This document shows, piece by piece, positions 1 to 13,321 of a DNA stretch of 64,000 nt (position 1 is its first letter; every line of letters begins with the position of its first letter). The notes beneath the pieces were generated by a model. It made no database searches. It was given only the letters and a program-made list of their open reading frames with translations, and had not been told where the DNA came from. The stretch lies in the NCBI RefSeq assembly GCF_018977255.1, contig NW_024704743.1, positions 114,144,001 to 114,208,000 of the forward strand. Reading direction: 5' to 3'. Source of the DNA: Callorhinchus milii. Lineage: Eukaryota. A program made the translations under genes and the position numbers.

Positions 1-1840
1 TTTGGGGGAGAGAGTTCCAAATTTCCACAACCCTTTGGGTAAAAAACTGCCTCCTGATTTCACTACTAAATGGCTAGATCTAATTTTAAGATTATGCCAC
101 CTTGTTCTGGATTCCCCTACCAGAGGAAATAGTTTATCTGTATCTAGTCTATCGAAACTCTTTATTATTTTAAAAACCTCAATCAGATCACCCCTCGACC
201 CTCTAAACTCAAGGGAACAGACAACAAGTTTATGCAACCTGTCCTCATAATTTAACCCTTTAAACCCTGGTATCAATCTGATGAATCTGTGCTGCACCCC
301 CTCAGGAGCTAATATATCCTTCCTGGGGTGCGGTGCCCCAAACTGAACTCAGTACTCCAGATGGGTCTAACCAAAGCTCTATACAGTTCTGTCATTTCTA
401 TCAAGCACTATCATTTCCTTTCCATTATATTCCAGCCCCCTTGAGATAAATGCCAACATCCCATTAGGCTTTTTGATAACTTTTTGTAGCTGTGAGCTTG
501 TTTTTAGTGATTTGTGTATGTGGACACCCAAATCCCTTTGCTCTTCCACAGTTCTTAGTTTCCCAACCCTAATTCTGTTTTGCTATTTTTGGATTCATAG
601 TGGATCCAAAAATGCATAAGAACATAATGCTAGACGAAAAAAGACCAAGGTCCATCAAGTTTGCCTTCCGTCTTCCTGGCGGAAGAACATAAGAACATAA
701 GAACATAAGAAAATAAGAACATAAGAAATACATTATACTTCCCCACATTGATTTCCATCTGCCACAGTTTTGCCCACTCACTTAATCTATTCTAAGCCCC
801 TTTGTAACTTCCTGCTCCCATCTACACAATTTACTGTGCCTCCTAACTTTGTGTCATCTTCAAATTTTGATATAAAACAACAACAAAAAATTCCATTTGT
901 ATAGCGCCTTTCACATCAGGAGGACGTCCTAAGGCGCTGAACTCTCTATTCCTTCATCCAAGTCATTTATATATATGGTGAAAAGCTGAGGCCCCAGTAC
1001 AGAACCCTGGGGAACACCACTTGTCACGTCCTGCCAATCAGAGAAAATTAATTTTATCCCTACTTTCTGTTTCCAGCCTCCTAACCAATTACCAAGCCAC
1101 GTTGCAAGGTTACCTCCGATTCCACGTCCTTTTATTTTTGCTGATAAGATCTTATGCAGAACCTTATCAAATGCCTTTTGGAAGTCCATGTAGACGACAT
1201 CCATAGACACTCTCTCATCCACCATGTTAGTGACCTCCTCAAAAAATTAAACGAGGTGCGTCAGTCATGACCTACCCTTCACAAATCCACGCTGACTCTC
1301 TTTGATTAGCTCACACTTTTATCCAAGTGCTCAGTCACTCTGTCCCTGATTAGAGATTCCAGTAACTTCCCCACAACTGAAGTTAAGCTGATAGGCCTGC
1401 AGTTACCTGGATTCTCCCTCCTTTCTTAAGTAATGGAGTAACATCTGAAATTCTCCAATCGAAAGGCACAATTCCAAATATAGAGAGCTTTGGAAAATTA
1501 TGACTAATGCATCTGTGATTTCCTCTCTTACTTCTCTTAATACCCTGGGGTGGAATCTATCAGGTCCTGGAGATTTGTCTATCTTTAGTCCCATTATTTC
1601 CTCCATTACCTTTTTTTTATTTTTATTAAAATCATTCAATACTTTGGCTTATTTTTAGGTTCCCTTGTACCTCTAGTATTTTGTCCTCTTCCTCTACCGT
1701 GAAAATGGAAGCAAAGTATTCATTCAACAAGCCTGCCATTTCCTTATTGTCCATTATAGTCTCACCTACATTTGTTTTTAATGGGCCCGCATTCCCCTTT
1801 ACCACTCTCTTTCTCTTAATATACCCATAAAAACTTTTAT
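1..1840 (-). mobile_element. Degenerate CR1-clade LINE ORF2 (reverse transcriptase) fragment with small nested insertions
   Basis: Minus-strand ORF pieces in different frames read [38 protein letters not shown] and KSPGPDRFHPRVLRE, typical of CR1 RT. Frameshifts and stops are present. Confidence 0.92.
612..730. repeat. (AAGAACAT)n 8-bp microsatellite, probably the 3' tail of a second CR1 nested in the first
   Basis: About five AAGAACAT units at 684-727 plus one near 618. CR1 elements typically end in an 8-bp repeat. Confidence 0.6.
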
Positions 1841-2209
1841 GCCACATCATCAAAAGAACTCTGAATGGAATTTTTGACCAGATGAGTTGGAAGAAGGAAT
1901 ACAAACTTGCATTTTTATATGACATTTAACATTGAAACATATCAAAGCTCTTACCTGGATACTTGCTTCGAAGTGTAGTGCATGTCTTTTGCAGGCAAAA
2001 ACGACAACCCTTTTGCACACAATAAGGTCCCACAGCTATGAAATAAATCACCGAATACTGCTGTGCGTAATTGGCTGCCGAGTTTCGCCCACAAAATGCA
2101 CAGTCAATCCACTCTACAGTATATTCTGTGAAGCGCTTTGAGACGTCTCAATGACATGATAAGGCGCTATATCAAAGGGAAGGATTAATATTAGTATATA
2201 GTCTTGAAA

Positions 2210-2460
2210 ATTGTTGGCTAGGACCCACTCCCTTCTCTACGTGAAGTGTGTGATGGGATCTTCAACATTCACCCGACCAGGTGGGACCTCGCTTTAACAA
2301 CTAATCCAAGTGATGGCACCTCTGGCAATGCAGTGCTCCCCCATCCCACCCGTCTCTTTCCTCAGCACTGCACTAGAATGTCAGCCTGGACTATAATCTC
2401 AAGCCTTGACCCAATCTTCTGACCCAGTCGTGAGAGCGCCTGTACTGACTGAGTCAGGCT
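2210..2460 (-). mobile_element. SINE family B (tRNA-like head, DeuSINE-like), degenerate copy
   Basis: Reverse complement matches the copy at 50740-51190 (ctcagtcagta...gaagattgggtcaag...aggctgacattctagtgcagtg). Confidence 0.6.
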
Positions 2461-2578
2461 GTCGCTAGTAGCATTGCTGGTGTCTTGTGTGGCAGCAGAG
2501 GCGGGAGTTAGTGAATGCAGAATTGAAGCCGTGCTTTTGTTGAAGCTGTTACCTTTTGTATAAATTATGTAATTACAG

Positions 2579-2820
2579 ATGAGGAACTACACGGACTGCG
2601 CCTGTGTTCTGAGTCGCCAGGTCATCACTCCCCCTACGGTCGGACAGAGAAGCCAGCTCCATTTGGTTATTGTGAAGACGTACCTGAATGAGAATGGCTA
2701 CGCTGTGTCGGGCAAGTGTGATCGGACGTGCAGCACCCTCATCCCGTTCCTCATTTTCCTTTTCATCGTCACACTGATCACAGCGTGTGCTCAGCCATCA
2801 GCTATCATAGTAACTCTCAG
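2579..2820 (+). CDS. SLCO5A1: SLCO5A1 (OATP5A1) internal coding exon, third from last
   Basis: ttacag|ATG...CTCAG|gtaaga; encodes RNYTDCACVLSRQVITPPTVGQRSQL...TACAQPSAIIVTLR, recognisable as SLCO5A1. Confidence 0.95.
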
Positions 2821-2910
2821 GTAAGAGAGGGCGGGTTGGGGGGTGGGGGGCTGGAGGCCATTACATTAGTTTCCAGGAGGAGGATGGAGGGATGAGATTC
2901 AGAAACATTT

Positions 2911-3460
2911 TAGGGGAGAAATTACACCTGGGTTACTAAACTTGCAAACGATTTCTTAGCATTTGTGAGGGGGCAAAACTTGGGAAATTCGCAGTCTTAA
3001 TTTTTGACAGTTTGTTGCAATCTGTTTAAAAAACAGCTTCAAAATTAGGACTAAATTTAAATACATTCACCAATTTTGTGCCTGCCTTTTCACACCGTTG
3101 AAATAAATCCCAGCAGGATTTTACTATGCTGTCCAGTGAATGTGTATTTGTAGAAAAACATAGCAGGCAAATCACAAACACAGTGTCTCACAGACAGTCT
3201 TGAAGTGAATGGGGAATTTTATTTGGGGGATTATTGGTCAGGACCCTGAGAGTGACTCTCTTCGAATAGTGTGAAGGGATCTTTAATATCCAACTGAACA
3301 GGCAAATGGGACCTCTTGTTTTAATGTTTCATCCAAAGGACAGCACCTCGGGTAATGCAGCATATCCCCAGAATTGCTTGGAAGTGTCAGCATAGACTAT
3401 GAGCTCAAAGGCCTGACGGGAAATAGTGTAAGTCTACACCCAGGTGGAATTTCAACCCCC
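2911..3460. mobile_element. MITE-like element with terminal inverted repeats and a nested SINE B fragment
   Basis: Left end taggggagaaattacacctgggt; right end acccaggtggaatttcaacccc; SINE B sequence at about 3150-3410. Confidence 0.6.
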
Positions 3461-3720
3461 TCGGGATCCAAGGCTGTGTGATGCTGTAGCATATATGATC
3501 ATGTCAGATTATAAGATGTGTACTTATCTTTGTGTGTGTGTGTATGACTCGTGTGTGTATAATATAGTGTTTGTATAAAGTGTGTGTTTGTGTGTATATT
3601 ATATAGGTATGTATACAAAAACAGCTTCCTTCCTTCAATACTGACGGGATTTATTTTTTACTACATAATGCAATAAATCCCCAGTAAGTCCGACACTATA
3701 TGTGCTTTGGTTTCTTGTAG

Positions 3721-3785
3721 GTCTGTAGAAGATCAGGAGAGACCTTTTGCCCTGGGAATGCAATTTGTTCTCTTACGAACTCTCG
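3721..3785 (+). CDS. SLCO5A1: SLCO5A1 penultimate coding exon (65 nt)
   Basis: ttgtag|G TCT GTA GAA...CTC G|gtaagt; SVEDQERPFALGMQFVLLRTL; phases fit both neighbouring exons. Confidence 0.95.
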
Positions 3786-4686
3786 GTAAGTTACAGTGTT
3801 CAGATTGCAGCTGATATTCAATGGGGTGGCATTCACAGATAAATGTGTTAAGATTCCAACAGATAGAGTGTAATACCTTATATCAAAGCTCATCTGAGCT
3901 GTGGTATTGACGGATTGGGAATATCTTTGTATCCTTGATAAAAAGAGCCACATTAAAAAGTACCACCTTGATATTGTCCCACATTCTCTTATATACACAG
4001 TGATTCCTCCCATTAGCAGAATGCAATAATTCCTCCCATTTGCAGAATGCAGTCACAGTATATGGACATATGCTCTTGCCAGTTTGATTCATGGATTTAT
4101 GAATCAAATGAATTATTGCCCTTTTGTTTCACAATGTGCTGTGTTTTGATCGGCTAACCTGATGTATAGGCACTAGTGCATTACAATACTGCCACTGTCT
4201 GTCAATCTACGGTATTGCACCAAATAGCAAGGACTGCTGTGGTGCAATTTAAAATGCTACAGAGTAAATACCACTTTTGTGATTAAGATTCTATTTGCTG
4301 AGAATGTTTTCTTAAAAAAATGGAGTTGTGGTTGACAGTATTTATAATCTAAATATGACAATGCTCTGCTTTAAGCTCAGCCCCAGTGAACGACTTTGGA
4401 TTTTCTTTTGGCATATGAAGTGCTGGGTTAAGCGAGATGCAGCAGCTGAGCTGTGTATTTCAATGCTAACTGTAATTTGTTAGTGACAATATACAGTAGT
4501 ACATCAGTGAGATATTGCTCTAATTAGCAGGACATGGGTACATTTCTGTCAGCTTAGAGGCAGCCTCTAAAGTTTCTAAAGTTTCCCCGGTAAACTGTCT
4601 GAGTCAAGCGGATATCCCATCTTCAGATCAGACCCACCGTTCTCCATTATACTTTGTTTTTGCATTGGGTTTTATCCAGAATATGT

Positions 4687-5135
4687 GGAGTCCTGTAGCA
4701 TATTGGTTAGAGCTCTCGCCTCACAAGCGAGAGGACCCGGGTTCGATTCCCGGTCAGAGCGAAACCTTAGGCGAGTTTTCTAACACCACATGCTTCTGTT
4801 TACCTAGCAGAAAGTAGGAACCCAGTTGTTAGTTGATTGGGAGATTGCTTTCTGGGGTAATAATTCCTTCAAAAATAATTTTTGAAAAAATAATAATTTG
4901 ATCACTCAATCCACGACTGTTTGTGAGATGCTGCTGTGCGCAATTGGCTGCCGTGTTTCACCTGTAAAAATATACAGTCAATTCACTTTACAGTATATTC
5001 TGTGAAGCTCTTGGAGACGTCTAGAAGACATGATAAGGCGCTGTATCAAATGCAATTATTATTAGACTCTGTGAAGCACTTTGAGATGTCTCAATGTGAT
5101 GAATGCAAGTATTACTATATATTATTATATTATAA
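4687..5135 (+). mobile_element. SINE family A, full-length (tRNA-derived head, DeuSINE-like core, L2-like tail) with a duplicated tail
   Basis: ggagtcctgtagc...ggttagagc (A box), gggttcgattccc (B box), core gctgtgcgcaattggctgccg, tail gtgaagc...gagacgtc...atcaaatgcaa(tta)n; more than ten related copies in the window. Confidence 0.88.
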
Positions 5136-5282
5136 TATTTCAGATCAGCTTTGCAGACCCTTCATTTGGGTCTTCTATTTTACTCTTGCCAGGTAAACAC
5201 ACGAGGAGCACAAGTGTGATTTCAGTGGAGCTGGCGTGCAAGTTCCTTGGTTTTTAAATCTCGTTCCTTTTCTCTTTTGCAG

Positions 5283-5725
5283 CTTATATTCCGACTCCAA
5301 TCTACTTTGGGGCTGTGATTGACACGACCTGCATGCTGTGGCAACAGGAATGTGGTGTGATTGGTTCCTGCTGGGAGTATGACGTCACATCATTCCGATT
5401 TGTCTACTTCGGGTTAGCAGCCGGCCTGAAGTTCGTGGGCTTTATTTTCATCTTCCTGGCCTGGTACTCCATCAAGTATAAGGAAGATCGCTTGGAGAGG
5501 CGCAGGAGGACAGCTTGTCCCGTGAGCACTGTCAGCGAGCTCATCGGCCACGCGGGCGGCCAGTACAGCTCCACACGGACTCGTTCCTGTCCCAGCTTTC
5601 GCACACGGGCTGAACACGGCGACGACCTATCGCGGCGCGCGGGACAGACATTACCCGGATCATTCCGAGAGCCAGAACAGCACACGGCGGAGGACACACT
5701 GGAGGATGTGACGGCTGACATCTAG
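5283..5725 (+). CDS. SLCO5A1: SLCO5A1 last coding exon
   Basis: ttttgcag|CT TAT ATT CCG...; AYIPTPIYFGAVIDTTCMLWQQECG...AWYSIKYKED...TADI, ending in TAG at 5723-5725. Confidence 0.95.
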
Positions 5726-6687
5726 GTCAACGCAATGTCCCCCCCCCCCCACACGTGACCATCCCGAGGATTGAGTCGTCCCAACACTGCAAAACGCCGG
5801 CTGGGCTGTTGAAGCAGGATTTTGTTCTTCGTTTCGAAAAAAAAGGGGGAAATGTTTCCACACAGAATTTTACAAACAAAAACTGTGCCTTTTTAATTTA
5901 AAGAAGTGGCAAACAATGAGCGACAAAATTAAAAGTTAATGCACCGACAGTGGCACTCCAGAGGGCTGGATACCTCAAAGCGAATTCTAGGCTGCTTTTT
6001 ATTTTTAATCTTAATGGTGCGACCATTTGCACTCGTGCTCTACGATGACTAACAATTAGTGTTTGGGGAATCATGAAATACAGGGGCAGGCAGTCAGTCA
6101 AGCAGTGGGTTAGTCAGTCAGTCAGTCAGTGAATCAGGCAACATGCCCAGCGCCAAGCGTCAGTGTGCAATTGTTTCGACAATTGTTTTGGGCATTTTTT
6201 TAAAAAAAAATGCTGTTCTCATCAGCCCTAGGTCACACAGTGTTAAGAATACCTGCTAGATGCCAGTTGCAGGCTGTTGAAGATTTAATATATTTGACTT
6301 GGTTTTAGTGACGAATAACGTGTTTTTATAATCACTGCTCACCCCATCAGAGTGACTTGAAAATCGTGTTTACAAGACAGTACGTTAAGTTGCCGTAAGT
6401 AACCCTGGCCCTGCCCAAAGCTCCAATACCACAGTTGGCATCCACATGACCTTTACCAGTGACCACGTTTGGTAGCCTGGTAAAAGTTGGACGAGCATAA
6501 ACTGGGCGATATTCCCGAACAAGTATCTCAGGCCTCAGCTCAGAAACTGCACTGAGCTCAGTGGATCGAATGGGATTAAACAGCTTCACTGGGGAGTCAG
6601 CATGGCACGAGCTGAGTGGTCACCCCATTATGCACCCACACATCTGAAAATTGTAATGTCTCTTAGCAGATTTAGCAGTGCATCAAT

Positions 6688-6855
6688 TGGGAGACATTCC
6701 ACCCAGGTCTAAATTTACTCTCTCCACATAGCATTTCAGTGCGTCCTGAATTTGGCAAATTCTGAAAAGCAGCCTTAATTTTTTTCTCTTTAATTTCTTT
6801 ACTTGTACTAGATACACAAGTCGAGTAAATCTAAACCTGGGCAGAATTCCTAGAA
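6688..6855. mobile_element. MITE-like element, internally deleted, in the probable SLCO5A1 3' UTR
   Basis: attccacccaggtctaaatttactc ... gagtaaatctaaacctgggcagaat inverted pair. Confidence 0.7.
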
Positions 6856-9800
6856 AGAAGGACAAGCAGACACACTGCATACTTGTGCCATTTGAAATAT
6901 TGAAAGTAAAGGAAGGGCAGTGATCTCTGAGCAGAATACATTGATACATAACTGTGATGCTGCAATTGACAGTATCCAGCTGCTTGCATTTCCTGTTATT
7001 TTGCCCACATGTGCAAGTGGTACTGTTGCTATTTCTTCACTGGATTTCAAATCCACTTCAGGTGCATTAAGTCAAGGTTTATCTCGATCAGGTAAATATC
7101 TTTTGTGGCTCTCTCCTGAAGTGAGGGGGAAAATCCTACGTGTGCCTCACTTTTATCACAATTTCTTGCAGGGGTTGCTCCACTGCAGCACGTTTTTAAC
7201 ACAATGCAAGTTGTAGCGGTGTGTGTTGAAAAGCAAGCAGGAAAGGATTTGGTTTGCCGAAAACGTTTCCACGACAAACCTAATTGCCTTAAATGCAGGA
7301 ACATGCAATGGAGTACAAGAAAGAGTAAAGGAGCACATAATATTCACTTGATCTAGGGCCAGCCTTCAGATCCTGGTTCAAGACTTAGACTGGAAAATTC
7401 AGAGAGTGCGAAGTTTGGAAACCTATGGAATTAGTCTGAATTTTGACGCCAGTTTTCTGGAGGTTCTTATAAGGGGCTCAAAAAAAAGTTTTTCTAGTTG
7501 AGGCTGAATTGAAGAATTTGCCAAGATTTGCAACACTCTTAAGATGCTAAAGCAGATAGTGTTAGGTCTAGAATCAGGGGTAATTTCTGGTCCCTTCCCA
7601 TGTACTGCATATTCAATCTACATATCAAATAAACATGTACGTGGCATTATGTATCTCAGCCTCTGTAAAGGCAGGCAATATATCGAAATCTCTGCATTCT
7701 CATAGGTTTAAGCATCAAAGCAATTTCAGAGGCGTTAAGGACCTGGTGTGTAAATTGCCTTTGGTCTCTCTTTGCTAAGATATTAAAGTCACCCTTAACC
7801 TGCTGCATAACCACTCAACATACAGTATTCAGTTGCTTGCATTTCCTGTGTTTTTGTCATATATCAAAGATATCACAACGATTTTTAACTTGAACACAGA
7901 GCATGTGGAGTAGAGTTTAATGAGAACTTCATCGCACTACCTAGCAAGAAAACAATTGAATTGGAATTATGGAAGGTATTTTACAGAATTTCACCTGTTC
8001 TCTTTTGATACAGAAACAACACAACTGATGTAAAGAAAAGCATCGACATACTTGATCACAGAAACGCAATATTGCATGCATGTTCCCCACTGTATCTCCT
8101 GCATGCATTTTCTATTGTTTTCCTGGTTAGCAGTGTGTGGGTTAATGCAGTATTGCAGACTGTGTACCTCACTTTCAATCAAGCAAAAAAAAATAGAATT
8201 ATTACACAAATTTCGTCAAATTCTCTGCTACTTTGTAAAATGGTAGTTAAATTGCACGTTGTCACACTCCAGTGGTGTCAAAATCACTGGAAAGATTTTA
8301 TTTCTTGGTTGGCATTGTAGATGCTAGTCGGAACAAGTTTAGGAAGGGCACACAGCCAGCAGTTTAAATTATAATGTCAGGCAGCTGGTGAGCTCAAAGA
8401 GCATCTTATATGTTATATTTTATTTTTAAAACAAGTAGTTAGTATGCTGTCTTGCTTCCCGTTGCCAATAATCTCTGCAATTGTCTCTTTTATTCTCAGC
8501 TACCCTTGTATTATTTATATACCTTTTATTAGATATTTGTTTTTAAAACATACGGTTTACCATGGCTATGTTTTGCTGCATCTCCCCAGAGTCTCAGTCA
8601 CTTACCGTCCCCCTATACCCTCCCCTTTCCTTCAATGTCTTAGCCTTTTACTGTGGAGCTTAGAGCTCCATCACTTACCAAGAACTAAATGAAAGGTCCA
8701 GTCAAATGCAGCTGTGGACCCAAAGCAATCTGATGCGCTGGATGCCTCTCAGAACCCTACAACATCCATTGTGGGATCTAACTTTTGTTCTGAGCATAAA
8801 ATACAGGTTTCTCATTCAGATCACATCGTAGTCCGCAATAAATAAATCAGACAGTGGTGCAACCTTGTGTAACAGCAAATCATGATGCTGTTGTATTCAA
8901 AGAGAATCTCATTGGGCAGTGACAGGTATCTGACATAGAGACCAGTGAGCAAGTGTTCAGCAATGGTTTACTGTGCAATAAGGTCCTGGATACAGTGAAA
9001 CTATTTCTGAGGTTGCATTGTGAACTTAGAAGAAAAAAGGTTTGGGTGGTTGGAGGCTGGAAAAGTGGAGTGTTTTCTTCAGGGGAATTCTTTATTTCAG
9101 GGTTTCACTATAATTTTAAATGGTTCCCTCTAGCTTGGTGATGATAATAATAATCCTTGCATTTGACGTGGCGCTTTATCACATCGTTGAGACGTCTCAA
9201 AGAGCTTCACAGAATATACTGTAAAGTGAATTGACTATGTTTTGTGGTGATACCAGTGTGGTTGTGATTTTCAGTTGTGGGGTGGAGTGGGGACTGAGAG
9301 GCAGAGGGGGAAATGAGAAGGAAGGGGGTACAAAGCTGGATCGAGGAGGCTGCTGGAATAGTTCCTTGCCTGTGTTAATTTGACCAGCAATTCCATAACA
9401 TGTTGTGGTAACACATCGGACATGAAGCATTGACAAAACATTACGAATCGAAGATAGCCGAGTTGAGAGGAAATACAAATGAAATTTTTCCTCGAGTTTC
9501 AGAAGGGCATTTTTAAACAACCGAATACCTCTGCTCAGCAGCTATCAAGTTCTCCTTCAAAAGACGGGGCAATTGAATGGGGAAACAGGAGGCAAATTGT
9601 TCTATTCAGAGCAGTGTATTAAGCAATCATATCAGTCGTACTGTATGTAAACGTGGTGTTGCTTGTGATAAGCAAAGAAACAGGAATTGATCAAATGTTT
9701 GGAATCTTTGGAATAGTGTTGTCAACACTTTCATTTTCTAATTAATATCTGTCTGTTGATATGGTAATTTATTTCCCAGATAGTAAGAATGACAGTATTG

Positions 9801-9892
9801 TAAAAGCCTTTAACCACTTTATCAGGAACATCAGTGAACATCACGTTTGTTAAAGACCAGTTTACAATACTTTGAATACTTGATATGTTGTC

Positions 9893-9898
9893 AATAAA
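9893..9898 (+). terminator. Candidate SLCO5A1 polyadenylation signal
   Basis: AATAAA followed by a GT/T-rich stretch (ttgttccatattgtcctgt). Other AATAAA hexamers occur at 8837, 10180 and 10573. Confidence 0.45.
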
Positions 9899-10602
9899 AG
9901 TCATTCAATTTGTTCCATATTGTCCTGTAGTTAATCCCAGTGATGGGAATTAAACTGAAATAGTGTCATGGGATCGTTAACATCCCCCAGAAAAGGTTGA
10001 CAGGACCTTGGTTTCAAAAGACTGCACCTCCAACAATAGTGTAAGCCTAGACCCTGAGTTCAAAGTTTCAATGTGGGAGTTATTAATTACCTGTTCAATG
10101 TGACCCAAGTAACACCGGCTCAGGCTGACTAGGGAAGCTAAATACAGTTCAGTTTCACTTACGTCATGTGAATATGTGAAATAAATTCTCTTGTGAAGTG
10201 GTAGAGGCAGATTGTGTTCACAACTTCAAGAGAATGGGATAGTTGTGCAGCAAAAAATTCACGTGAGGGATATGAGAGATAAGAGTAGAATTTGTTTTTA
10301 ATACTTTGGGACTGGACAGATGGGCCACAATATTCTTTTCCAGTCCTGTGTGTTCCTGTGGAAAGTCTATCTTGCCCTCCGTCCATTGGTGAAGGTTCTC
10401 ATTTCTTTTCAACTAGTTCCTCCCAAATGGCCTGGCAGAGGTATCAAAGGCATGAGCAACAGCCTCCACCTCCCACTGCTCCATTGCCACATGCTTGATG
10501 CTCCAACACACTGAGCCATTTACAGCCTCAAAACTCCCTTTTATCTCAGTGCCTGAAACTCGTGCATATTGAAATAAAACATTTGATTTCAGTTAAACAA
10601 AC

Positions 10603-10608
10603 TTTATT
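10603..10608 (-). terminator. Candidate SULF1 polyadenylation signal
   Basis: tttatt on + is AATAAA on -, followed on - by T-rich tgttttatttc; lies about 2.7 kb beyond the long-frame stop. Confidence 0.6.
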
Positions 10609-12059
10609 TCCATAAATGCTGCTTCTCGACTTTCCTGAAGCCAGAATAGTTGCAGAATTAAACCCCCCCCACCCGCCCCCCCAAAAAAATAATAAATTCA
10701 CATGAGTTTTGCGACTGGAACATACAAATTTGGTAAACACTGTGCTCATGCTTTACTCAATTCAGCACTATTTACAGTCAGCATTGTTCAGTACATAAAT
10801 ACTTTGCTATGTTACATTATCAGAAGCAGGAACACAATAGCTATGGCTAACAGGGTTACATTTACAGGAGGAATAATAAAACCCAGACTACAAGTGAAAA
10901 CTTATTTCTATTTCAAAGTGATTAACAGATTTTTTTTCTGGATAATTATTCCCCTCCCCTCCACCCCCTACCGATGAAGTTACTAACACAATTCAATGTA
11001 AGAAGACAATGCTTATGATTTGACTCTCAGCATTGAGGGTGGAAACAAGAATCAACACCTTAATTGAACATTGCCAGCTAACTTAAAATCAGAGGACTCC
11101 TCCGGGTACACACACACACAACACACACACACAATTGCAAGTGAACTATTCTGGGCCTCGGTCTGATTCAATTTCATTCTGCAGGTGCTGCACAAGTTAA
11201 TGTCAGCAGTTAAAGGATACATCAGCCCCACCAGTTTCATAAAGGAGAGAAATGGGTGATTTGGAGCAAGTGGAACAGTCATCTGATGGAATGATCACGC
11301 TTAAAATAGGCTACAGCGAGCTGTTAAGAGATGTGACTGCTGTCTGGAATCATAGAGGGGAAAATTGCAGTGCTTAAATGATAGTTATCACCCATAACAA
11401 TTAGCCCACCTCTTCAACCCCACGCACCACAGAATATTAAAGCCCACCAACAGGACCTTTTCTCCACATTAAATACCTTCAGGATCTTATTAACATTCAA
11501 GCAAGTTTTACCCACTGTAGCTGACACTCAGCATGGACGAGGTGTCATTACAAACCGTGACATCCATACAGAGACTCAACAATTGCGACTCAAAATAATC
11601 GCCAGTTAAATATTAGCAAATAGTCCCATGGGTTTTTCATTTGACAGAACCAATGTCTGGTTTATACTGTGGATTTCATGCTGAATTTTGTGGTGGTGAT
11701 TTTGTCCTGCTGCATTATCTGCAAATAGAAGTTTGCCCTGCAGATCAAAAATGGTCCCTTAAAGGTTCTTGAGTAGTTTTGAGGGGAAAATATAAATCTT
11801 TGCCTCTCCAAATTGCTGTACTGCTGGAAGCCAAATCCCATACTTTCCAGGAGTGCACACAAGCAGGCATAGATGAATATGATGGTGAAGTGTTGTCCAA
11901 TTTGAAGTGAATCTCACAAGTCCCACCATTGTGAAGTCTTCAAGCTATTTACATTAAGCCTTCCAGCTGGAAACGTGTGTTCCTAACAGGAAAAAGTTCA
12001 GTGAGGTTAAAAATTATTGGTAACCTCTGTAAACCCTTTTAGCACATGAATCCAGAGAT

Positions 12060-12305
12060 TCTAGTAAAAGAGCTTTTGGGCTATAGAGACATTTATTAAA
12101 AGAATAGCACATTGAGTGACTGTATGTAGGCTTGATGAAAAAGCTTTTGCAGAAATATTTTCAGAAACAAATGGTATAATAATGTAGATAAGATCTGAAA
12201 GGGTATAAGGTTAAGATAGGGCAGTGAGATTGAATGAACACTTTGCTCTGAGAGCTGTTGTAGACTTGATGAGCTTCTCTGCAATAAATTTCTATGATTC
12301 TATGT
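12060..12305 (+). mobile_element. Old CR1 3'-end fragment within the probable SULF1 3' UTR
   Basis: Ends in ttctatgattctatg, preceded by CR1-tail-like tagacttgatgagcttctctg. Confidence 0.5.
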
Positions 12306-12731
12306 AAATCTCAAATATATATTTAGAAATGGCCTCACTTGTTCCTTCATTGATGAAGAGTTTCGAAACAGGCCATGGGCGGGGAGGGTGGTGGCGGTGG
12401 GGTGGAGCGAAGGCAGAAAAATAACTCCTTAAAAACAAACTGGGGGGAAAAATACCCGAGCAACTATTAAGTCGCTGAACATGATGGGGTGAACAGAGAG
12501 CAGGGATTTCCTTGAAAAGCAAACATAGCCAGCTGGAAATACTTACTAGACCAATGCTCTGCACTGCTAATAGATTCCAAATTGACAGCAAAACTCACTC
12601 TGCAAATATATTGTGAACAATTCTGAAAGTGCAACATTTTGGGACAAACCCCTGCCCCTTCCCCCCAACCATGATTAATGTAAATGAATGCACTTTGCGA
12701 GCTTTTGTAGTGGAAAGATGGCAGATTGCCA

Positions 12732-12872
12732 CTCCACGTGATAGTCGATGACATTTTACACATGACAAGACTGTAACATCACGTGACACACTCCACGTAA
12801 CAGTCAGTGATACTCTTCATGTGACAGACTCTACGTGATAGTCCGTGACACTCTCCATGTGACAGACCGACA
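12732..12872. repeat. Degenerate short tandem repeat (ctccacgtgacagtc/gtgaca units)
   Basis: Five to six recurring ccacgtga/catgtgacag motifs at roughly 20-25 bp spacing. Confidence 0.6.
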
Positions 12873-13321
12873 GTAGCTAAAACGTTTCACTTTATTAGGT
12901 AACAAGGAGAAACTATTCCGAGGCATACTGAAACAAGAACAACAAAATTACATTTGTATAGTGCCTTTCACATTGGGAGGACACCCCAAGGCTCTGGAAA
13001 ACAGCCAATGCAAAGTTTAGGGAATTTCTCCCAGCCCTCTGGGATATGCCTATTCCAGTAACATAACATTTAAATATATTTATTTAGAACTGTAGAACTT
13101 AACAGTTATACAAGAAATAAGCTTCCTGTTCCCTCATTCCAGACAATGGTAACAAAATAAAATTGTGAGACTGCCCCAAGGCTGTCCGTGATGAAATACA
13201 ACGTCCTTTGCCCTTTGATCTTACAACATGAGCTGTTATTATTGCAGGTGACAGTAGACATCCAGGTGAATGAATGAATGAAGGGCTTTGAGTTGATCAA
13301 AAGAGGGAAGGGGACAAACTG

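Noticed and set aside
929..1925. Functional reverse transcriptase gene
   Set aside because: It is broken across frames with stops and nested insertions, so it is a CR1 fossil.
4687..4760. tRNA gene (also at 18920-18993, 22725-22797 and 59315-59389)
   Set aside because: The A/B boxes continue directly into a shared 300-bp SINE body and tail and the copies are diverged, so these are SINE heads.
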